NCBI GenBank assembly: GCA_965246885.1 | Contig: OZ251992.1 | Coordinates: forward strand, 1,664,001-1,728,000 | Length of the DNA: 64,000 nt | Origin: Abditibacterium sp. | Lineage (GTDB): Bacteria; Armatimonadota; Abditibacteriia; Abditibacteriales; Abditibacteriaceae | Reading direction: 5' to 3' | In this document: positions 57,742 to 64,000 of the stretch, piece by piece | Numbering within the stretch: position 1 is the first letter of the stretch | Layout: every line of letters starts with the position of its first letter | Made by a program: the position numbers and the translations under genes | The notes under the pieces: model-generated | What the model was told of the DNA's origin: nothing | Database searches by the model: none | The model's input: only the letters and a program-made list of their open reading frames with translations

Positions 57742-60700
57742 AGCCGTCTAAGTCCCCTGCCAAGGCAATGGCGCTTTGGGCGCCCTCTTTGTCCAGCCCA
57801 ATGGCTTTAATGCGCGCTTCGACGGCTTGCACGTCGCCCGTGCGTCCGGCTTCTTGCAAGCGTTTGCGCAGGCCCAACAGCGCCGCCGCGCGCGCGATTG
57901 GGTTCCAACTGGCGCCGGACAACTGCGTATAAAGCGCTGTTGCCTCGTCCGTTTTTCCGCCCGCCCACAGGACTTTGGCGCGCGCCCAAGCGATGCTTTG
58001 GAAACCGTCGGCATCTACTTCCGGCGCGGTTTGGGCAAAGCGGAACGCTTCGCCCGACCAGAAATCGGCTCCGGCTTTATCTCCTCCCGCGAGGGCATCG
58101 AGCGCCAAACGGCGCCACGTTTCGACCGCGAAATCGAGTGTCTGCGCGGCGCGGGCGCGCGCTTTGGGGTCGGCGTCGCCATTGGCCAGCGACAGCGCGA
58201 GCGAGGGTTCGCCGCCTTGCGTGGCGACCAGTTTTTGCAGCAAGTCGCGCCGCGCGTCGGGCGAGAGGGTTCGGGCATCGAGCAAAAGCAGGCGCGCGCG
58301 CATTGCCCAGAACGGGTCGTCGCCGTCGGCAAGCGGTTTCAGCGCGGCCAAGGCGGGCGACTGCGCGCGCGTGGCGCGTTCGAGTTCGGCGTCGGCGGCG
58401 GGCGGGGCGCCGGGAACGGCGATTTGCGCGCTCGCCAAGTCGAGGCGCGCGAGGGCAAGGGCGGCGCGCGCGACGATGGCGGCTTTGGTGGCGTTCCCGG
58501 CATCGCCTGCGCCCGCGAGGGCATCGAGATTTTTACTAATGGCGGGCATCATCGACGAGCCTGCCGCCCTGCCCGCCGCACCGCTCAGCAGGGCGGCGTT
58601 CGCGTCGAGGGGCCAGCGCTCACCCGCGACGCGCACCAGCAGTTGCGCGCTCGTCATAGCGTCTTGGCGGCGGTCGGCGCCATTTAGCAGTGCGGCGACG
58701 ACGCCCGCTTCGTCATCGGCGCCGCGCGCGACATCGAGTAGAATGGCCCATTGCCGCGCGGCGCCAGCCGGGTCGCCGCTTCCGTCGAGCACACGCGCCC
58801 ACACTTGGCGGGCGGCGAAGACAAGGGTGGCGCGGTCGCCATCGTCGGGAGCGGAATCGAGCGCCCGCCGCGCCTCGCCCAGCGCCTTTTGACGGTCTTC
58901 GGGGGCGGGTAGGGCATTCCAGCCAATGGCCGCGACCGCCGCGAAATCGGGGTCGGGGTTGCCGTCCAAGCGGGCGAGTGTGGCGCGCGCGCCGTCATCG
59001 GCGTTGGCCATTTCGGTCGGGTCGAGGACGCCGCCGATGCCTGTCGCGCGCTGGATTTGAACGAGGGCTTTTTGTAGCGTGTAGAAAGTGGCGTCGTCAG
59101 CCCCGGCGATGGCTTTGTCCAAAAGAGCGTTCGCTGTCCTGAACAAGGCGTTGCGGCGGTTGAAACCGGCGGTGTCGCTCGGCGCAAGCAAGAACGCCTG
59201 CGCCACCAAGGTTTCGGCGCGCTTGCCCGCCCAGAACGGCACGTCGGGAAAGCGAGCGTAGCCCGCGCTTTGTGCATCAGCGATGGCTTCGCGCGTGCCG
59301 TAGGCTGCTTGAAAGGCGAGCGCGAGGCGCAGGTCGGAGTCTTTGGCCCCAGTCGCGCGGGCGCGGTTGAGCAGGGGAACGCGCAGGGCGTCAACTTTTC
59401 CGGCTTTCTGGAAAGCATCGAAAAGGATGTCCTGCGCGTTGGCTTTTTGGGTGTCGAAAGCGAGGCTTGTGCTCCACCGACTCCACGCGCCCAGCGCCGC
59501 ACCCCCATCGCCCGCGCGCGCGGCCAAGGCGATGAGGTGCGCCCGCGCTTCGTTTTGAACGCCTAAGGAACTGGACTTTTCGAGGGCTTCCCAAAGCGGC
59601 TTGGCTTCTTCGCCGCGTCCGGCGCGTTCGAGGCCGCGCGCGAAGGCGGCTTGAAAGGGCGCCGCCGTGAAAGCGCCCGCCGCGAAAGTGCCCGTCGCCG
59701 CCTTGCCCGCGCGCAGGTCGAGCAGAACGCGCGCGAGCCTCGCGGTTTCGCCATCGCCGGTGATTGTTGCGCCGAGGGTTGCGGCTTCGTCGGGAGTGGC
59801 GGACAGCGCCATGTTTTCGGCGGCTTTGACGCCGACCGCGCGGGGGGTGTCGGAGGAAAGCAACTCTCCCCACACGCCGCGCGCGCCCGCGATGTCTCCA
59901 GACGCGCGCAGGGCGAGCGAGAGGGCGAGCGTGCGATCGGGTTCGCCGCTTTTGGTGGCGGTGCGGGCGTCGCGCAGCGCGGCAACGCGGTCGGCGCGCA
60001 GGTCGTCAACGGGCAGGGCCGACCACGCGAGGTCGGCCTCGGACAAATGCGGCCCCAGCGCGGCGAGTTCGCGGACAGCGCCCGCAGTGGCGCGGGTGGC
60101 GACCAAGACATCGAGCGCCGCGAAGTGCGGGGCGGTGGCGGTCGGTTTGCCCCCGGCGGCTCTTTTCCACAATGCCAAGGCGCCCTCCGCGTCGCCGCCC
60201 GCGCGCCACAGAGCGAGTCCGTGATTCCACTGCTCGTCGGGCGAAGCGTCGGTGTAAGTGGAGGGCGAGCGCAAAGCGGCGTCCTCGCGGATGGCGCCGT
60301 TCGCCACGTCGGGCAGGGCGAAGGTGCCATCGGGGAAAGCGTCGGTGCGCGCTTTGAGGGCATAGGCGAACGAAACCCCATCCCCGTCGGAGTCCGCGCG
60401 AAGCGGGAATTTGCCGTCGAGGGCGTAGGCGGCGCGTAGCAGGACGTTTCGTCCATCGTCGAAGTCGGTGCGGACGTTGCCCGCCAGTTGGACGCGCGCG
60501 GGAAAGGCGCGCACGCGCACTTTGGAGGCGACGTAATACGCGCGCCGCTCGTCGTTGCCGAGCAAAACACGGTCGCGCACGCGGGTGATGCCTGCACCCG
60601 GCGCGGCGACGAAACCGGTGGCGCCGGTGAAAGCGAAGTTGAGCGGCCCGCCCGACAATAGGCCCGCGCCGCGCCACCATTCGCGCGCAATGTTGGCGTT

Positions 60701-60955
60701 TAATACCGCGACCCGCCGGAAGCGGGTGTCGTAGGTTTGAGTGGTGTCACCACTCGCCACAACGGTCTGCGTCGGAGTGCCCGCGCCGTCGAGCACCTCG
60801 ATTTTCAAGGAGTCCGGCGGCTGAAAGAACAACCGCGCCCGAACCGGGGCGCCATCGCCGCTTTGAATCAGGGTGCCCTCGCAACGAGGCAATTGCGCGC
60901 GCGCCGGAAGCGCGAGCAAGAGGCAGGCAACGGTGTAAAACAGAGGAAAACGCAT
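57740..60955 (-). CDS. Large secreted protein, LolA-like N-domain plus TPR-like helical repeats
   Basis: Signal MRFPLFYTVACLLLALPARA; F.QPPD.LKIE, V.SGDT..TYD; Ala-rich helical repeats. Confidence 0.65.
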   Translation of the reverse strand: MRFPLFYTVACLLLALPARAQLPRCEGTLIQSGDGAPVRARLFFQPPDSLKIEVLDGAGTPTQTVVASGDTTQTYDTRFRRVAVLNANIAREWWRGAGLLSGGPLNFAFTGATGFVAAPGAGITRVRDRVLLGNDERRAYYVASKVRVRAFPARVQLAGNVRTDFDDGRNVLLRAAYALDGKFPLRADSDGDGVSFAYALKARTDAFPDGTFALPDVANGAIREDAALRSPSTYTDASPDEQWNHGLALWRAGGDAEGALALWKRAAGGKPTATAPHFAALDVLVATRATAGAVRELAALGPHLSEADLAWSALPVDDLRADRVAALRDARTATKSGEPDRTLALSLALRASGDIAGARGVWGELLSSDTPRAVGVKAAENMALSATPDEAATLGATITGDGETARLARVLLDLRAGKAATGTFAAGAFTAAPFQAAFARGLERAGRGEEAKPLWEALEKSSSLGVQNEARAHLIALAARAGDGGAALGAWSRWSTSLAFDTQKANAQDILFDAFQKAGKVDALRVPLLNRARATGAKDSDLRLALAFQAAYGTREAIADAQSAGYARFPDVPFWAGKRAETLVAQAFLLAPSDTAGFNRRNALFRTANALLDKAIAGADDATFYTLQKALVQIQRATGIGGVLDPTEMANADDGARATLARLDGNPDPDFAAVAAIGWNALPAPEDRQKALGEARRALDSAPDDGDRATLVFAARQVWARVLDGSGDPAGAARQWAILLDVARGADDEAGVVAALLNGADRRQDAMTSAQLLVRVAGERWPLDANAALLSGAAGRAAGSSMMPAISKNLDALAGAGDAGNATKAAIVARAALALARLDLASAQIAVPGAPPAADAELERATRAQSPALAALKPLADGDDPFWAMRARLLLLDARTLSPDARRDLLQKLVATQGGEPSLALSLANGDADPKARARAAQTLDFAVETWRRLALDALAGGDKAGADFWSGEAFRFAQTAPEVDADGFQSIAWARAKVLWAGGKTDEATALYTQLSGASWNPIARAAALLGLRKRLQEAGRTGDVQAVEARIKAIGLDKEGAQSAIALAGDLDG

Positions 60956-61013
60956 GAATGGAAGCGCAGTTTGGATAAACCGACTCGCCCCAGAGTTGCA
61001 AATCCTCGCAAGA

Positions 61014-61111
61014 CAGACGTCCGCCATCCAGTCACGGGCTTCTGTCACCCTGTGACACAGGCCCGTGACTGAGCGGCGCGCACGCGTGACTGGGCGGCGC
61101 GCACGCGTCAT
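61014..61111. repeat. 21-nt-period intergenic array with internal inverted repeat
   Basis: cgtgactg(a/g)gcggcgcgcacg at 61064 and 61085; IR 61029-61039 / 61061-61071; minus strand tggatggcggacgtctg resembles the 19650 array. Confidence 0.7.
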
Positions 61112-61123
61112 TGGCCCGCCGCC

Positions 61124-64000
61124 CTATGGCAGCAGTTCGGTGTCAACCACAACGCGAAAGCTGCCCTCAGCTTGGATGCCAAAGAGGAACTCGACGTTCA
61201 CGCTCGCGCCATTGGCGAGGGTGCCACCGGGCAGGGGCGCCGTCCACGAGGCGTTGAGGCCGCCGCCGTTGCCGCTCGAAGCGGACGTGAGCGGCGTTTC
61301 GGTAGGGGTGGTGGGCGCGTCTATGGCCAGGCCATACGCTGCGCGCGTGATGGCGTTGCCGTTGTTCGCGTCGTAGTATCTGACGCCGCCCGATGAGATG
61401 GCACGCAGGTCGGACACGCCCGATGCGGTGCTACTTCCGGCGGTGGCGCCCACGATGCGGAAGCGCAGCTTGGAAACGGCGCCGCCGGTGTTGTTGGTGA
61501 TGGTGCGGCGGAAGGACAAACGGCCTTTGGAATCCACGCCACTCCCTTTGCTGGCGTAGCGCGCGGCGGAGTAGACACCGGGGATGTTCATGGGGGCGAA
61601 GGTGATATCGCCGTTGCGCTGGATGGTGCTCGCCGCGTTGTGCGGGTTCGGGCTACCCAAACGGGCGCCCGAAAACGCGCCCACGCCACTGCTGTCTGTC
61701 GTGCTGCTGGTAGCGATGGTGTTGACGCAATTCCAGTCGGTCGCAAAGGTGCCAGTGTTGGAGGGCGCGCCGCTTTCGAGACGGCGGATGTAGGCGTATT
61801 GGTCGGTGGTGGCCGCCGGAAGGAAGGCGCGAGTGCCGACGCTGTCTACAACGGTTCCGGCGGCGTTCTTCACGGCGAGCGCGGCGCCAGTGGAGAAGTC
61901 GCCGGTGTAGTTGATATCGGGCGCCGCGACGCTCCCCAACGAGTAACCGCCGGAGTTGGCCAACAACAAGTGCCCGAAAGCGGGGATGGTGCCGCTCAAG
62001 GGGATGGTGACGGGGGTAGTGGTGCTTGCCACAACGCTCCAGCCGCTCACGTTGAGGGCCGAGGACGTGGTGTTCGCCAACTCGATGAACTCATCGGTCG
62101 TGCCCCCCGGCCCGCTCAAGCGGAACTGCGACAAGAGTGCGCCTGTGGTGGCGGATGGTTGGGGAGCAACGGAAACGAGCGCGACGTCGGACGTGCCGCT
62201 CAAGCTACCGCCGCTTGAAAGGGTGCTGATGGTGCCGGTCGTTGAGACGCGCACGATGCTGCTGGCACTCCCCCGCGCCACATACAGGTTGCCGTCGTTG
62301 CCATAGGCGAGGCCTGCGGGATCGGTTAACGCGGCGTTGCCCGAAGCCGTGACGCCACTGGCGGAGGCGCCATCCGATGCGACTTTGACGACGCGCCCGT
62401 TGGCGTTGTCGGCCACGTATAAGGTGCCGTCCGGCCCAAAGGCGACTCCCCAAGGGCCAGCGTAAAACCCGTCACCGGAGACGAGAAGGGTGACGTCGTC
62501 TGTATAAACGCTTTGCGCGCCAGTGGCCGGGTTGACTTTGACGATGTCGTGGCCGCCGTCGTTGCCGACATACAGTTGCCCGTCGCTTCCAAATGTCAGA
62601 CCGCGCGGGCCGCTCAGACTGCCGCCCGATGTCAGGGTGCTTTGGGCGCCGCTCGTGGGGTCAACCTTGATGATGGCGCTGTTGCCGACGTTGGCAACGT
62701 ACAGTTGCCCATCGGGGCCGAGAGCGATGCCAAAGGGATGGTTGAGCAGGTTGGTGCCGGTCGTGAGCGTGGCGGGCACGCCGGAAGGCGAGATTTTGAC
62801 GACGCTCGGCGCGCTGAAGTTGGACACGTAGAGGGTGCCATCACTCGCGCGGGCGACGCCGTAGGAGTTGATGAGCGGCGGGTTGGACGAAGCGATAACC
62901 GATTGCGCACCGCTCGTGTCCACGTTGACCACGCGAGAGTTGCCAGCGTTCACGGCCACGACACCAAGAAGGGTGCCTACCGGGGCAAGAGAGTACGATT
63001 GGCCCGCCGCGAAGCTGCCGTTGCCCTTGCTGGCGTCGGTGGTGCCGACGCCGCCAAGGGGCACACTATCGGAGTCGTGGATGGAGTCGTCGTCCAGAAG
63101 GTTGAGCTTGACGGTGCCTTGGCCGCCCGAAACGGAAACGGTGACGATGTAAGCGTTGCCGCTCCCCGACACGTTGGACACGCTCGCTCCGGCAACGGTT
63201 CCCGTCGTGGCGAGGGCGAAGTCGGTGGCATCTACGCCGGTGACGGGCGCGGTGAAAGTGACGGAGAAGCGCACGGAAGTGGCGCTCGTGGGCGAAGTGT
63301 CGAGGCGGGTGATGGAACTGACGAAGGGCGGGATGGCCCAGCCGATGTCGTGGAAGATGCCCAGTCCGACCGGCCCGGCGTCGTGGATGGGACTGCCAGC
63401 GAAGGGCGCCATCAAATGATTAAGGTTGACCCCAGAAAACGTCGCTTGGTCGAGGTGCGAGACGCTGGAGCCGCTGCTAAAAGTAGCGGGGGCGTAGAGC
63501 TTGGCGGGAGCGCCACCGTTGGCGGCGTCGGTGCGCGGGCCATCGAAGAACAGGTTGTCCGAGACGACCGCCGTCGCGCGCTGAGCCGGTGTTTCGTTCG
63601 ACAAGCGCACCCGTCCGGCGCCATTGCCTTCTGTTAAAAAGTCGTCGTAGATGTCGGGGGTGGTACCGCCCCCATAAGTGCCCGTCGCGGTCAACGTTCT
63701 GGTGAAGCCCAGCCCGTGTCCGATTTCGTGGAGCACAATGGTGTAGAAGTCAATGCCGGAGCCGGGATTGCCGTCGGTACCGTAATAAAATTGTTGACCG
63801 CCCAAAACGCCCGGACTGCCTACGTCGGAGTTGAACTGGGCGTTGATCTCTGCTTTGGCCGGGTCAAGGTCGCGTCCGGCAAGATGGTTGGCGAGGGCAC
63901 TGGGGTAAAAGATGCCCGCTTTGAAGCGCGGGTTGGTAGCAGCGAAGTCGCGGAAAAAGCCGGTCGGCCCCGCTTGTCCAAGCGTTGCGCCACTGGAGGA
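61124..64000 (-). CDS. Large multidomain extracellular protein: HExxH zinc peptidase, Ig-like, NHL/Vgb beta-propeller, lamin-tail-like domain; 5' end beyond window
   Basis: Frame open to 64000; LHEIGHGLGF, GSS.SHLD; P.G.A.GPDG.LYV repeats; FRL.GP.G..DEFIEL.N. Confidence 0.85.
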   Translation of the reverse strand, partial: SSSGATLGQAGPTGFFRDFAATNPRFKAGIFYPSALANHLAGRDLDPAKAEINAQFNSDVGSPGVLGGQQFYYGTDGNPGSGIDFYTIVLHEIGHGLGFTRTLTATGTYGGGTTPDIYDDFLTEGNGAGRVRLSNETPAQRATAVVSDNLFFDGPRTDAANGGAPAKLYAPATFSSGSSVSHLDQATFSGVNLNHLMAPFAGSPIHDAGPVGLGIFHDIGWAIPPFVSSITRLDTSPTSATSVRFSVTFTAPVTGVDATDFALATTGTVAGASVSNVSGSGNAYIVTVSVSGGQGTVKLNLLDDDSIHDSDSVPLGGVGTTDASKGNGSFAAGQSYSLAPVGTLLGVVAVNAGNSRVVNVDTSGAQSVIASSNPPLINSYGVARASDGTLYVSNFSAPSVVKISPSGVPATLTTGTNLLNHPFGIALGPDGQLYVANVGNSAIIKVDPTSGAQSTLTSGGSLSGPRGLTFGSDGQLYVGNDGGHDIVKVNPATGAQSVYTDDVTLLVSGDGFYAGPWGVAFGPDGTLYVADNANGRVVKVASDGASASGVTASGNAALTDPAGLAYGNDGNLYVARGSASSIVRVSTTGTISTLSSGGSLSGTSDVALVSVAPQPSATTGALLSQFRLSGPGGTTDEFIELANTTSSALNVSGWSVVASTTTPVTIPLSGTIPAFGHLLLANSGGYSLGSVAAPDINYTGDFSTGAALAVKNAAGTVVDSVGTRAFLPAATTDQYAYIRRLESGAPSNTGTFATDWNCVNTIATSSTTDSSGVGAFSGARLGSPNPHNAASTIQRNGDITFAPMNIPGVYSAARYASKGSGVDSKGRLSFRRTITNNTGGAVSKLRFRIVGATAGSSTASGVSDLRAISSGGVRYYDANNGNAITRAAYGLAIDAPTTPTETPLTSASSGNGGGLNASWTAPLPGGTLANGASVNVEFLFGIQAEGSFRVVVDTELLP

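Overview
GC-rich bacterial chromosomal window. The taxonomy is inferred, not proven: a DUF1559-type prepilin gene, lpxC and a yvlD-rapZ-yvcK cluster suggest Armatimonadota/Abditibacteriota. The main block (~20-42 kb) is a respiratory supercluster: a heme A/heme O synthase fusion, alternative complex III (actA-G), SCO, and an A2/caa3-type cytochrome oxidase. A 4.5-kb polysaccharide cassette (flippase, GT2, acyltransferase) interrupts it between actB and actC. Other content: gap; a regulator/icd/sbtA/beta-carbonic anhydrase cluster; Mn catalase flanked by two decayed toxin-antitoxin remnants, one fused to a GGDEF pseudogene; tRNA-Pro(GGG); an RND pump; thiL, tsaE, lpxC, hemW, cinA; and large secreted proteins. 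The most notable unexplained items are a Cys-rich RAPP-motif leader ORF upstream of a tiny metallothionein-like secreted peptide, two divergent paralogs sharing a near-identical 68-bp 3' end, four intergenic 21-nt-period arrays with embedded palindromes, a Q[IL]ERP motif shared by three supercomplex subunits, REP-like doublets, and probable leaderless genes. All family assignments come from motif recognition by eye; no database search was run.
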